From: Actinomycetota bacterium
GTDB taxonomy: Bacteria > Actinomycetota > CADDZG01 > WHSQ01
DNA length: 61,698 nt
Assembly (NCBI GenBank): GCA_035540935.1
Contig: DATLFS010000118.1
Span: 1-61,698, forward strand
Reading direction: 5' to 3'
Part shown: positions 26,004 to 35,881 of the stretch, in pieces
Numbering within the stretch: position 1 is the stretch's first letter
How the letters are laid out: every line of letters begins with the position of its first letter
Translations under genes and position numbers: made by a program
The notes under the pieces: generated by a model
Seen by the model: only the letters and a program-made list of their open reading frames with translations
What the model was told of the DNA's origin: nothing
Database searches by the model: none

Positions 26004-26891
26004 TCAACGGTTGATGATCGTCTCGAGGATCCGGATCGCCCCGGGACCCACGGTGACGACGAACAGCGTCGGGAAGACGAAGAAGATCAGCGGGAAGAGG
26101 ATCTTCACGGGAACCTGAGCCGCCTTCTCGCGAGCCCGCTGACGCCGCTTGAGCCGCACCTGCGCACTCTGCACACGGAGGACCTCGGCGATCGGCGCGC
26201 CGACCTGGTCCGCCTGGATCAGCGCGACGATGAAGGACGACAGCTCCGGCACGTCGGTGCGGTCGCGCAGGTTCCCCAGCGCTTCCCTGCGGGACACCCC
26301 CAACTCGATCTCACGCAGGAGCCGGTTGAGCTCGTCGGCCAGCGGGCCCGTCAGGTTGGCCGTCACGGTCTCCATCGCCTGCTCCAGCCCCAGCCCTGCT
26401 TCGACGGTGATCGCCAGAAGGTCGAGCGCCTCCGGGAGGTCGCGCGCGATGTGTTCCTGCCGCGCCCTCGCCTTGGACTCCAGGTAGAAATCGGGCACGA
26501 AGGCCGCGAGCGCGGCGAAGATCAACCCCGCCGGCAGGGAGGCAAGACCGAGCGGCTGCACCGTGGCCCCGAAGAAGAACCCTGCGATACCCGCGAGCGC
26601 CTTGAACGCAAGCATCCGCTCGACCGAGGTCGTGCGCTCACGTCCTGCGTAAACGATGCGGCGCCGGATGAGGTCGACACGCCCGAGCGGAGACAGGCGC
26701 CGCGCCGCGGCCGCGAGCGCGCGCAAAGCCGGCTCGAGGGCTCGGTAGGCGAGGCCCGGTGTCGTAGAGCCGGACTCGGGATCGGCCGCCGCAACCGGCG
26801 TGGCGGTCGCCACCGTTTCGCGCGTGGCGAGCAGCGCCCAGACGATGCCGCCGAAGCCCGCACCCAGCAAGAGCGATGCCATCAGGACCAT
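26004..26891 (-). CDS. tadC: Tad pilus inner-membrane platform protein TadC (T2SS F family)
   Basis: T2SSF-type topology and motifs. Adjacent paralog and the CpaF ATPase lie upstream. Confidence 0.8.
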   Translation of the reverse strand: MVLMASLLLGAGFGGIVWALLATRETVATATPVAAADPESGSTTPGLAYRALEPALRALAAAARRLSPLGRVDLIRRRIVYAGRERTTSVERMLAFKALAGIAGFFFGATVQPLGLASLPAGLIFAALAAFVPDFYLESKARARQEHIARDLPEALDLLAITVEAGLGLEQAMETVTANLTGPLADELNRLLREIELGVSRREALGNLRDRTDVPELSSFIVALIQADQVGAPIAEVLRVQSAQVRLKRRQRAREKAAQVPVKILFPLIFFVFPTLFVVTVGPGAIRILETIINR

Positions 26892-26892
26892 G

Positions 26893-27849
26893 TCACACCT
26901 CGATCTTGATCATGCGGGACATGACGAAGAAGCCGACGCCCATCAGGGCGAGTGCGCCGATCGTCATCACCAGCCCGACGGTCGTCGTGAACAACGGGGT
27001 GAGGTAATCGGGGTTCGAGATCTGGATGAATGCCCCGACCACGAACGGCAAGCCGCCGAGCACGAACGCCGACAGCTTCCCTTCGGCCGTGAGCGCCTGG
27101 AGCTCGCGCCGGACCTCTTCGCGTGCGCGCATGAACTCCGCGACGGTGCGAAGGATGTCGGCGAGGCGCCCGCCGGTGCGCTGTTGCACCACGATCGCCT
27201 GGACCGTCCAGTCGAGGTCGCGCGACCCGATGCGTTCCCCCATCGCACGGAGCGCGTCGACGAGCGGCGCGCCGAGGCGGGTCGACGACAGGACGCGGCC
27301 GAACTCACTCGCCGCCGGCTCGTCCGCTTCGGCGACGATCAGCTCTATCGCCTGTGATACCGACGACCCCGACTCCAGGCTCGCCGCCATGAGGTCGAGC
27401 ACGTCGGGGAACTGCGACTCGAATTTCTTGCGGCGACGCCCGATCGAGATGTTGACCGCGACGTACGGCGCCGCTCCGCCTGCGGCGGCAAGCAGCAGAG
27501 CGAAGACGGCGCCGCCGCCCAGGAGGCCGAGCCCCAGACCGGCGAGCGCGAACACCCCGGACACCGCCACGAACTCTCCCGCGGACAGGTTCCAGTCACT
27601 CCGGTCGATCGCCGCAGCGACGCGGGCGAAGAACCCGCGGCGCGCCAGCGTGCGCTCCGCAACCACCCCCGCGCGCGCGAGAAGGCTCGAAACCTCCGAC
27701 GGCGTCAGCTTCGGATCGTCCTCGAGGTACGCGATCTCGAGCGTCTGACGGAGGTTCTTCACGCGTCGCTCGCTCCTTCGGCGCGCCGAGTAGACGGCGG
27801 CGGATCCGCCGACGGCGACGAGAGCGGAGCCGATCAGCGCGACGTCCAT
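26893..27849 (-). CDS. tadB: Tad pilus inner-membrane platform protein TadB (T2SS F family)
   Basis: T2SSF domain. Directly downstream of the CpaF-like ATPase. Confidence 0.8.
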   Translation of the reverse strand: MDVALIGSALVAVGGSAAVYSARRRSERRVKNLRQTLEIAYLEDDPKLTPSEVSSLLARAGVVAERTLARRGFFARVAAAIDRSDWNLSAGEFVAVSGVFALAGLGLGLLGGGAVFALLLAAAGGAAPYVAVNISIGRRRKKFESQFPDVLDLMAASLESGSSVSQAIELIVAEADEPAASEFGRVLSSTRLGAPLVDALRAMGERIGSRDLDWTVQAIVVQQRTGGRLADILRTVAEFMRAREEVRRELQALTAEGKLSAFVLGGLPFVVGAFIQISNPDYLTPLFTTTVGLVMTIGALALMGVGFFVMSRMIKIEV

Positions 27850-29289
27850 CTACCGGCCCTCGAGCGCGGCCGCTGGGCCACGATAGATCGACGCGGCCAC
27901 CAAGACGCCGCGCTCCTTGAGCTTCTCTGCACAGTGCGGGCGCAGACCCGTGGCCCGCAGCGGGCTGTCTCCATCACGCGTGAAAACGTCCTGCATCGTG
28001 ACCGTGTCGCCCTCGCGGCCCTGGACCTCGGCGATGCGGTCGATCACCCTGCGGCCGTCCGGACGGCGCTGGAGCTGGACGACGATGTCGAGCGCACTGG
28101 CGATCTGCTCGCGAACCGCACGCAGCGGAAGGTCGAGCCCCGCGAACAAGACCATCGTCTCGATGCGGGCGAGTGCGTCCCTCGCGGTGTTCGCGTGCAC
28201 GGTCGTGAGCGAGCCCTCGTGACCCGTGTTCATCGCCTGCAGCATGTCGACCGCTTCCGCACCTCTTACCTCACCGACGACGATCCGGTCGGGACGCATG
28301 CGAAGGGCGTTACGGACGAGGTCACGGATCGCCACGCGGCCCGCTCCTTCGATGTTCGCCGGGCGCCCCTCGAGGCGGACGACGTGCGGCTGCCCGAGAC
28401 GCAGCTCGGCGGCGTCCTCGATCGTGATGACGCGCTCGTCGTCCGGGATGAAGTTCGACAGCACGTTCAGCAACGTCGTCTTGCCGGTCCCCGTCCCGCC
28501 GCTGACCAGGACGTTCAGCTTGCCTCTAACGGCGGCCTCGAGGAAGACGGCGGCGTCCTTCGACACCGACTCCATCCGGATCAGGTCGGCGACCGTGAAG
28601 GCGGTCTCCGGGAACCTGCGGATCGTCAGGACCGGCTCGCCGACTACGAGCGGCGGGATGATCGCATTGATCCTGCTGCCGTCGTGCAGACGGCCGTCGG
28701 CCATCGGCGAGGCCTCGTCGACGCGACGGCCGGCGATCGCCAGCATCCGGTCGATCACCTGCCGGTAAGCGGCCGCACTGCCGAACTTGACTTCGGTGCG
28801 CGCGAGCTTCCCGCCCCGCTCCACCCAGATGTCGTCGTGCGCGTTGCACATGACTTCCGTGATCGAGGTGTCGGCCATGAGATCCTCCAACGGACCCCAC
28901 CCGAGCATGTCGGCCAGCATCGTGTTGTAGAACTCCGCCCTCTCGCGCGGGCTCACGGAGACGCTCGACGACCGCATCGCCTCTCCCAGGTGATGCTCGA
29001 GCCGAACGCGGAGGTCCGCCTCGCCGACATTGCCCGCGGCCAGGCGCGGCCCGAGCTCCTTGACCACGGCCGACCTGACCTGCGCCTTGATGCCCTCGAG
29101 GGTCGCGCGGTGGTGGTCGATCGTCAGCTTTCTCGCCCCTGCATCCGGGCCGGGCGCGGCGGCCTTCGCCTGCTTGGCCCGAGGTGCCACAGTCTTCTTC
29201 TTCGGTGGCTTCTTCTCCGTCACCAGCGGAGGACGCGAGCCCGGCTCCTCTTCCTCCGCCAGCTGTGCGAGACGATCGGAGAGCTTCAT
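27850..29289 (-). CDS. Tad pilus secretion ATPase CpaF/TadA
   Basis: Walker A VSGGTGTGKTTLLN, Asp box, Walker B, His box (TGHEGSLTTVHAN). ATGA overlap with the upstream gene. Confidence 0.9.
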   Translation of the reverse strand: MKLSDRLAQLAEEEEPGSRPPLVTEKKPPKKKTVAPRAKQAKAAAPGPDAGARKLTIDHHRATLEGIKAQVRSAVVKELGPRLAAGNVGEADLRVRLEHHLGEAMRSSSVSVSPRERAEFYNTMLADMLGWGPLEDLMADTSITEVMCNAHDDIWVERGGKLARTEVKFGSAAAYRQVIDRMLAIAGRRVDEASPMADGRLHDGSRINAIIPPLVVGEPVLTIRRFPETAFTVADLIRMESVSKDAAVFLEAAVRGKLNVLVSGGTGTGKTTLLNVLSNFIPDDERVITIEDAAELRLGQPHVVRLEGRPANIEGAGRVAIRDLVRNALRMRPDRIVVGEVRGAEAVDMLQAMNTGHEGSLTTVHANTARDALARIETMVLFAGLDLPLRAVREQIASALDIVVQLQRRPDGRRVIDRIAEVQGREGDTVTMQDVFTRDGDSPLRATGLRPHCAEKLKERGVLVAASIYRGPAAALEGR

Positions 29290-30170
29290 GAGTTGGTCCC
29301 TTTCGTGAAGAGCCGGCGCAACCGGGCCCATATACCGGACGAGGATGCCTCCGACGACGCGGGTCGTAGGTCGGCGGGAACGACCGCGACGATCGCATCC
29401 GTCACCTTGCGAGCGACGCTGCTGCGCGGCTCCGTCTCGATGACGACGCGGCCGATGTTCATCGCGCGCGATACCGCGCGGGATTGCGGGATGAAGCCGA
29501 CGAACCGATCGTTGAACGCCTCCTGCGTCTGCTTCACGTCGATGCCCACGTCTTTGTCGATCTTGTTCAGAACGAGGCGAAGACGTGAGTCGTCGACCTT
29601 CAGCCGGCGAAGGGTGTCGAGGAAGACGCTCAGGTTCTTGAGACTGGGGATGTCGAGCGTCGCCATCACCGTCACGACATCGCTGCGCTCGAGCGCGGTG
29701 AGAACGATCTCGTTCAGTGAGGGCGGGGTATCGACGACCACTACATCGTAGGAGCGGGCAACGACATCGAGCACGGCGTCGGCATCGCGTGCTCCGACGT
29801 AATCGGCCAGCGCGGGATCGCGCGGTGCCGTCAGCACGTCGAAGCCAAGCGGGTGGCGAACGACGAGCTCGTCCAGGTGCTCGGCAAAGGTCCCCTCCGG
29901 GAGCGGCTTGCCGTTCTGACCGTACAGGCCGTCGTAGAGCGAATACTGCGGCCGGATCTGAAGCGCCGCGGCAACCTCGCCGAACTGGAGGTCGAGATCC
30001 ACCAGCACCACGCGCTTCCCGCCGCGCGCCGCGAGCGCCGCGACGTTGGTCGCGAAGAACGTCTTGCCGCAGCCCCCGGTGGCGGAGGCGACGGTGAGGA
30101 TCGAGCCCGGACCCGCCTGCTCCGCGCTCTCCTCCACCGCCGCGTCCAGCACCTCCGCCGGACGGGCCAC
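29286..30170 (-). CDS. TadZ/CpaE-like ParA/MinD-family ATPase
   Basis: Deviant Walker A SATGGCGKTFFATNVA. Position between cpaB and cpaF. Confidence 0.8.
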   Translation of the reverse strand: MARPAEVLDAAVEESAEQAGPGSILTVASATGGCGKTFFATNVAALAARGGKRVVLVDLDLQFGEVAAALQIRPQYSLYDGLYGQNGKPLPEGTFAEHLDELVVRHPLGFDVLTAPRDPALADYVGARDADAVLDVVARSYDVVVVDTPPSLNEIVLTALERSDVVTVMATLDIPSLKNLSVFLDTLRRLKVDDSRLRLVLNKIDKDVGIDVKQTQEAFNDRFVGFIPQSRAVSRAMNIGRVVIETEPRSSVARKVTDAIVAVVPADLRPASSEASSSGIWARLRRLFTKGTNS

Positions 30171-30964
30171 TACGACTTCCTCCGGTTCGCCTTGACGACG
30201 TCGTCCGGAGTCACTCCGTTCGGCGTCTGGTGGCTCTCGCCCTCGGTGGACAGACCCAGGTAGAGCTGCCCCAGAGTCGCCCCGTTCACGAGCCGCTCGG
30301 CGTCGATCGGTCGGACCTCGAGCACGGCGATGACCTGGTCACCGGCCGGCTGGGACGAACTCGACTCCGCCTCTTCGCCCTCCGGCGCCGGCGCAACCGA
30401 GACCGACAGCACCTTCACGCCGGAGAGGAAGAGCTTGGTGCGCTCCTCGGCCGCGGCCGAGCCGACCCGCGTCGGGAGACCGCCGGCGGCGACCGCCTTC
30501 CCTTCGGAGGATCTAACGTCCTCGTAGGTCACGAAGACGTCGACCCAGGATCCGGGCTGCACGTATCGCGCCATGCCGCGCGAGAGGTCGACCTGCACCG
30601 CGACCGCGACCCTGCCCCTCTCCGGCTTGAGCGACGCGATCTCGTCGGGGGACGCGAACATCGTCTCGGACAGCTGTCCGCCCGAGGCAACGGGCCCCGA
30701 CAACACCATGCCTGCCAGATCGGCCAGCTCGCCGACCGCTCCGGCGGCGACGTAAGCGCGCGGGATCTCCTTCGTCTCCGTAACCTCCACCAGCTGTTCG
30801 GCGGCGGTCCCTGCCGGAAGCGCGGCCGAGGCGACGAGAACGGAAACCGTCTCGCGTCCGTCCGCGATGCGCTGCTCGACGCTCCGGCCGTAGGCGAGGA
30901 CGAGCCCCGCTCCTATCAATGCGGCGACCACGCCCAGCGCGATCGTCAGGTTCAGCTTGCGCAT
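30170..30964 (-). CDS. Flp pilus assembly protein CpaB/RcpC-like (SAF domain)
   Basis: N-terminal TM helix MRKLNLTIALGVVAALIGAG followed by a SAF-like domain. Start chosen at MRKLNL (accurate to about 1 codon). Confidence 0.7.
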   Translation of the reverse strand: MRKLNLTIALGVVAALIGAGLVLAYGRSVEQRIADGRETVSVLVASAALPAGTAAEQLVEVTETKEIPRAYVAAGAVGELADLAGMVLSGPVASGGQLSETMFASPDEIASLKPERGRVAVAVQVDLSRGMARYVQPGSWVDVFVTYEDVRSSEGKAVAAGGLPTRVGSAAAEERTKLFLSGVKVLSVSVAPAPEGEEAESSSSQPAGDQVIAVLEVRPIDAERLVNGATLGQLYLGLSTEGESHQTPNGVTPDDVVKANRRKS

Positions 30965-31076
30965 GCCTCTCTTACCTCCTGTCGGTAAACGCCGCGGGTG
31001 CGCCCGGTGACGCCGGATGTCGGTTCGTCTGGTCGTGTCGTCTCGGGCCGCACGCACGCGGCCGTGTATCGCTGCG

Positions 31077-31496
31077 TCATTCGAGTACGCCCGTGGTCGT
31101 CGCCTCCAGGTCGAGCGAGGGGGTCCCGAGGAACGACCCGACGATCCCCAGCGACACGGACTTCTGGAGCGTCACCGTGATCTCGGTCCCTGCCAGGCTT
31201 CCGCGCGGCGCGGGCGAGACCATCGCGTCGATCCCATCGATCTGACATCGCGCCTCGCCCACCACTTGGATCGCGGTCGGACGTCGTCCGCCGAGCGGCG
31301 CGCCGCTGCAGTCGAAGCGACGCTGGTCCGGAACGGCCGTGGCGAAGCGCAGCGTGCGACCCGCCGCTCTGCCGAGCTCGAGCTGGTCCTTGAAGGCGAT
31401 GACGAGAGGGCCCGTGAGGGCCACGAAGCCGACGAGGAGCGACATGAAGAGCGCGAGTTCGACCGCGGCGACACCTCTTTCGTCTCTCATCGTCAT
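31077..31496 (-). CDS. TadE-like minor pilin/pseudopilin
   Basis: N-terminus MRDERGVAAVELALFMSLLV (TadE motif). 4-nt overlap with the upstream tadE-like gene. Confidence 0.65.
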   Translation of the reverse strand: MTMRDERGVAAVELALFMSLLVGFVALTGPLVIAFKDQLELGRAAGRTLRFATAVPDQRRFDCSGAPLGGRRPTAIQVVGEARCQIDGIDAMVSPAPRGSLAGTEITVTLQKSVSLGIVGSFLGTPSLDLEATTTGVLE

Positions 31497-31918
31497 TCCC
31501 GCCGTCCGCTCGCGGAGCGCGAGATCGTCGAGGCGCTGCGGACATCCACGCCCACCAGTGCCATGAAGCTCCCAACGGCTCGGAGCTCCGGCATCTCGGG
31601 AAACGTGACGGACACGGTGACGATGCTCCCCTCGTCGGTTCCGGTGGAGGTCGTCGCGACCTGCGGTGTCCCCATGAACCGCGGTGTCCGGCCCGCGACG
31701 AAAGAGCTCACCTGCGCGGCCGTCGGATACGGCGCCGACGCCGACGAGCCGGTCCTCGTCGTGGCGTACCGGGCGGCGCGCCGCGCCACGTTGTCGGTCG
31801 TCGACGAGAAGAGTCCGTAAAGGGCGCCGAACAGGATCATGCCGACGAAGGCCAGGACGACCGGGAGGACGATCGCCACCTCTACCGCGGTGGCGCCCTC
31901 GTCGCGACGCCTCATCAC
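31493..31918 (-). CDS. TadE-like minor pilin/pseudopilin
   Basis: N-terminus RRRDEGATAVEVAIVLPVVLAF. Confidence 0.7.
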   Translation of the reverse strand: MMRRRDEGATAVEVAIVLPVVLAFVGMILFGALYGLFSSTTDNVARRAARYATTRTGSSASAPYPTAAQVSSFVAGRTPRFMGTPQVATTSTGTDEGSIVTVSVTFPEMPELRAVGSFMALVGVDVRSASTISRSASGRRE

Positions 31919-33117
31919 GCGTCCTCCATCTCGCCGCGCACGAGGCTGGCACGGAAGGCGCCGGTCGCCCGCGTGGCGCAGGCGGTCTCCCCGACGAGCG
32001 TGGCGCCGCCGCTGAAGCAGACCGGCACGAAGTCGAAGAAGGGGATGTTCAGCGCGCCCGTCGGGTCGTTCGGGTAGGTGACCGGCGCGCCGTTCGCCCA
32101 GCCGACGACGAGAGCCACGCCCTGCTCGCCAGTCGCCCGCATGTCGGCGACGACCTCACTGAGGGCGGGCGGATCACCGCTGCCCGGGTTGTATACGTCG
32201 TTGAAGTCATCCTTGAGAGCGTCGAAAACCTGATGGCACTCGAGGTCCCATCCGAGCAGCGATCCGAGGGTCGCGAGGCTCTGCTCGAACCTCGCGTCGA
32301 CCGTCTCGATGATCGTCACCACCTCGTCGTGGGTGTCGGCGAGCGCCGGGTTCGGATCGATCGGCTCGCCTACGAGAGCCGGCAACACGTCGGCGACCGG
32401 AAGCACGATCAGGTTCTTGAAGCGGCGGCGCGCCGTCGAAGCAACCCGCTCACCGTCCTCGACCGCGCCCTCGACGGCGCCGTCCAGAGCGCCGCTCGTG
32501 GTGCGGCTCAGCTCGACCTTGATCCCCGGGCGCAGAAGGGCCGGGACGAGGTTCGCGAGCCGGGCGTGCAACAGCTCGGTCGGGTCCGGCAACGTGAGCG
32601 TTGGCTGGGGCAGCGGCGTGAGCTGCACGCCCGGAAGCCCGGGCAGCGACGGCACGGTGGGGAGCGGCGCCGGAGGAAGCTGAGGGAGAGCCGGAACGGA
32701 TGCCGTCAGGCTCTGCGCGCACGCCTGCAGGCGGTCGATCCCATCCAGATCCGAGAGATAGGTAGCGGTGCAGTTCTGCGGCCCGACGGCAGCGGCGTAT
32801 TCCTCGGAGACGGCGTCGTCGACCGCGGCGGTGGCGGCCGCCTGTCTGCAGGCGACCGAACGAGGGTCTTCCGCCCCCGGGAACGTCACCGCATCGGGAG
32901 CCGTGACGTAGGCGAGCGCCGTCCCGACATCGGTGAGCGGGATCGAACGCGCTCCGGCAAGGCTGCCGGCGTCGGCGGCGCGCTGGAGCTCGCCGCGGGT
33001 TCCGGCACGCGTCAACGACGACATGCCGGCCGCCGTGGCGACCACCAGAGCAAAGGAGAAAAGGATGGCGAGGAGGACCGCGATGGCCCCCTGCTCGTCG
33101 TTCGTCCGCCGCATCAC
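31915..33117 (-). CDS. TadG-like pilus assembly protein
   Basis: N-terminus DEQGAIAVLLAILFSFALVV plus AADAGSLAGA motif typical of the TadG N-terminal domain. Confidence 0.65.
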   Translation of the reverse strand: MMRRTNDEQGAIAVLLAILFSFALVVATAAGMSSLTRAGTRGELQRAADAGSLAGARSIPLTDVGTALAYVTAPDAVTFPGAEDPRSVACRQAAATAAVDDAVSEEYAAAVGPQNCTATYLSDLDGIDRLQACAQSLTASVPALPQLPPAPLPTVPSLPGLPGVQLTPLPQPTLTLPDPTELLHARLANLVPALLRPGIKVELSRTTSGALDGAVEGAVEDGERVASTARRRFKNLIVLPVADVLPALVGEPIDPNPALADTHDEVVTIIETVDARFEQSLATLGSLLGWDLECHQVFDALKDDFNDVYNPGSGDPPALSEVVADMRATGEQGVALVVGWANGAPVTYPNDPTGALNIPFFDFVPVCFSGGATLVGETACATRATGAFRASLVRGEMEDA

Positions 33118-33143
33118 AGTCCGCCCGTTCCTAGTAAGGAAGC

Positions 33144-33177
33144 GGCGCTCCGCACCCGGTGCCGGATGCGGAGCGCC
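33144..33177 (-). terminator. Strong hairpin between flp and tadG (partial terminator or attenuator)
   Basis: 11-bp perfect stem GGCGCTCCGCA / TGCGGAGCGCC with a self-complementary loop. No long U-tract. Confidence 0.4.
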
Positions 33178-33186
33178 GTCCGTGAT

Positions 33187-33375
33187 CTAGCCGCCGAGCC
33201 CGTCGACGATCGTCTGGAACGCGCCGAGGACGTTGACGCCCAGTGCCTGGACCGTGGCGATGATGACGGCGGCGATGAGCGCCACCATCAGGCCGTACTC
33301 GACCGCGGTCGCGCCTTCCTCATCCGACCGCAGCGCAACCAGTCGGTTCGATACGGTTGCCAGAAGCTGCACCAT
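33187..33375 (-). CDS. flp: Flp family type IVb pilin (62 aa prepilin)
   Basis: EEG|ATAVEYGLMVALIAAVIIA Flp processing and hydrophobic motif. The longer ORF 33187..33564 is over-extended. Confidence 0.8.
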   Translation of the reverse strand: MVQLLATVSNRLVALRSDEEGATAVEYGLMVALIAAVIIATVQALGVNVLGAFQTIVDGLGG

Positions 33376-33617
33376 CTCGTACCCCCTTGTCTCCGGCACG
33401 GATCCCCGTGCACATCCGAATCGGCGGCTCGCCGGTCGTTTCGTGATGACCGGATCGAACCCCATTTGCACCGGCCCGTGAATCCGCAGAAGTACGCACC
33501 TGTTGTCCCGGTATCGCATCCTCACGGAGCGGTACGTCTTCTTACGGACGCGCGCGAAGAACACTCAAGCGAGTTACGCAGTATTGCGGAGGGACGACTC
33601 GGAACTATCGGCGCGAA

Positions 33618-34916
33618 CTACGCGCGCGTGGCGAAGACGTGCCTTGCGGCATCGACGAAGCGCTCGATGTGATCGGGGGTATGCGCGCTCGATAGGAACA
33701 GCGCCTCGAAACGGCTGGGCGGCAGATAGACACCGTGCTCCAGCATCCCGCGGAAGAAACGCGCGTAAGCATCGGCGTCCGTGGCGCGCGCGGCGTCATA
33801 GTCGAAGACTTCATCGTCGACGAAGAAGAAACCGGCGAGGCCGCCGATCGCCGCCGCTACCATCGGCACCTCGGCGCGATCCGCCGCATCGACCAGGCCG
33901 CGCACGAGGTCCCGCGCCCGGTTCTGAAGCTGCTCGTAGAGCCCCGGCTCGCCCTTGATCATGGACAACGTGGCGATGCCCGCGGCCATCGCCAGCGGGT
34001 TCCCCGACAGCGTCCCGGCCTGGTAGACGGGTCCTACAGGCGCGAGCTGATCGAGCGTCTCGGCGCGCCCGGCGAGCGCGGCGGCGGGAAGACCTCCCCC
34101 GATGACCTTGCCGAGCAGGACGACGTCGGCCGCGACCCCGAATCGCTCCTGGGCACCGCCCGGACCCAGCCTGAAGCCGGTGATGACCTCGTCGAAGACC
34201 AGCAGCGCTCCGACCTCATCGGCGATCCGCCGCAGCTCCTCGAGGTAACCATCGCGCGGGAGAACGAGGCCCATGTTGGCCGCGACCGGTTCGACGAGGA
34301 TCGCCGCCACATCGGCGGCATGAGGTTCCAGAGCGGCGCGCAGGGCGGCGATGTCGTTGTAGCGGACGACCAGGGTGTCGCCGGCGGAGGCGCGCGTCAC
34401 CCCGGGCGTGCCCGGGATCCCGAGCGTCGCCACCCCCGAGCCGGCCTCGGCAAGGAGCGAGTCGCTGTGGCCGTGATAGCACCCGGCGAACTTCACGACC
34501 TTGTCGCGGCCGGTGATCCCGCGGGCGAGCCGGACCGCGGTCATCGCGGCCTCGGTGCCGGACGAGACGAATCTCACCTTCTCGACGTTCGGCACGAGGT
34601 CGACGACCAGTCGCCCTAGCTCCACCTCGAGCTCGTTTGGGGTCCCGAACGACGTCCCGCGACCGGCTGCGTCTACGACCGCCTCGACTATCCGCGGATG
34701 CGCGTGACCGAAGAGCAGGGCGCCCCAAGACTGAACGAAGTCGACGTAGCGGTTGCCGTCGACATCTTCGATCTCCGCGCCCTCGGCGCGCCGGACGAAG
34801 AAGGGATCACCACCGACCGCGCCGAAGGCCCGCACCGGCGAGTTGACCCCGCCGACGAGGATCCGCTGCGCCTCGGCGAAGAGGCGATCCGACTGCGCGC
34901 GCGTCACGCGAGCCAC
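33618..34916 (-). CDS. hemL: Glutamate-1-semialdehyde 2,1-aminomutase
   Basis: Full-length class III aminotransferase with a HemL-type N-terminus (LFAEAQRILVGGVNSPVRAF) and the PLP Lys region. Confidence 0.95.
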   Translation of the reverse strand: MARVTRAQSDRLFAEAQRILVGGVNSPVRAFGAVGGDPFFVRRAEGAEIEDVDGNRYVDFVQSWGALLFGHAHPRIVEAVVDAAGRGTSFGTPNELEVELGRLVVDLVPNVEKVRFVSSGTEAAMTAVRLARGITGRDKVVKFAGCYHGHSDSLLAEAGSGVATLGIPGTPGVTRASAGDTLVVRYNDIAALRAALEPHAADVAAILVEPVAANMGLVLPRDGYLEELRRIADEVGALLVFDEVITGFRLGPGGAQERFGVAADVVLLGKVIGGGLPAAALAGRAETLDQLAPVGPVYQAGTLSGNPLAMAAGIATLSMIKGEPGLYEQLQNRARDLVRGLVDAADRAEVPMVAAAIGGLAGFFFVDDEVFDYDAARATDADAYARFFRGMLEHGVYLPPSRFEALFLSSAHTPDHIERFVDAARHVFATRA

Positions 34917-35881
34917 TCGGACGCAGCTTTGGCGTGATAGGTGACGATGAGGTCGGCGCCGGCGCGCTTGATCGACGTCAGCGCCTCGATAACCGCGGCG
35001 CGCTCGTCGATCCAGCCGCGCTCGGCCGCCGCCAGCAACATGGAGTATTCGCCGGAGACGTTGTAGGCCGCGGTGGGCAGACCGAGCTCGGTCTTCACCC
35101 GGTGAACGACGTCGAGGTACGGGAGCGCCGGTTTGACCATCAGAACATCGGCGCCCTCGTCGACGTCGAGGCGGGCGTCCCGGAGCGCCTCCGCCGCGTT
35201 GGCCGGATCCATCTGGTGCGTCCGTCTGTCACCGAATCTGGGCGCGCCCTCCGCGGCATCGCGGAACGGCCCGTAGAAGCTGGATGCGTACTTCACCGCA
35301 TACGAGAGGATCGGGATCTCGGCGTAGCCCGCTTCGTCGAGGGCGGCGCGGATCGCGCGCACCTGGCCGTCCATCATGCCCGACGGCGCGACGAGGTCGG
35401 CCCCGGCGGCCGCCTGCGACACCGCGATCCGCGCGTAGACATCGAGCGTCGCGTCGTTGTCGACCTCCTCACCGCGGAGCAACCCACAGTGGCCGTGGTC
35501 GGTGTACTCGCACAGGCACAGATCGCTCAAGAGGACGACCTCGTCGCCGAGCTCCTCCCTCAAGGCCTCGAGCGCGCGCTGCACGATGCCGTTCTCGGCG
35601 GCGGCCCCGGATCCGGCCGCGTCCTTGGCGGCGGGGATGCCGAAGAGGAGCAGGCCGGCGACGCCGCGCTCGGCCAGCTCGCGCGCCTCCTTGCGGAGGC
35701 TCTCGAGCGTGTGCTGGGAATGTCGCGGCATCGACGCGATCGGCGCCGGCTCGGACATGCCCTCCTTCACGAACAAGGGCGCGATCAGGTCCGAAGCGCG
35801 GACATCGGTCTCGGCAAAGGCCCGGCGCAGGGCCGGCGTTCGCCGCAGTCGGCGCAGACGAAGTGAGGGGAACTGGCTCAT
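34904..35881 (-). CDS. hemB: Porphobilinogen synthase (delta-aminolevulinate dehydratase)
   Basis: RLRRLRRTPALRRAF N-terminus and the active-site Lys regions. ATGA overlap with hemD. An alternative start lies 3 codons upstream. Confidence 0.9.
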   Translation of the reverse strand: MSQFPSLRLRRLRRTPALRRAFAETDVRASDLIAPLFVKEGMSEPAPIASMPRHSQHTLESLRKEARELAERGVAGLLLFGIPAAKDAAGSGAAAENGIVQRALEALREELGDEVVLLSDLCLCEYTDHGHCGLLRGEEVDNDATLDVYARIAVSQAAAGADLVAPSGMMDGQVRAIRAALDEAGYAEIPILSYAVKYASSFYGPFRDAAEGAPRFGDRRTHQMDPANAAEALRDARLDVDEGADVLMVKPALPYLDVVHRVKTELGLPTAAYNVSGEYSMLLAAAERGWIDERAAVIEALTSIKRAGADLIVTYHAKAASEWLA

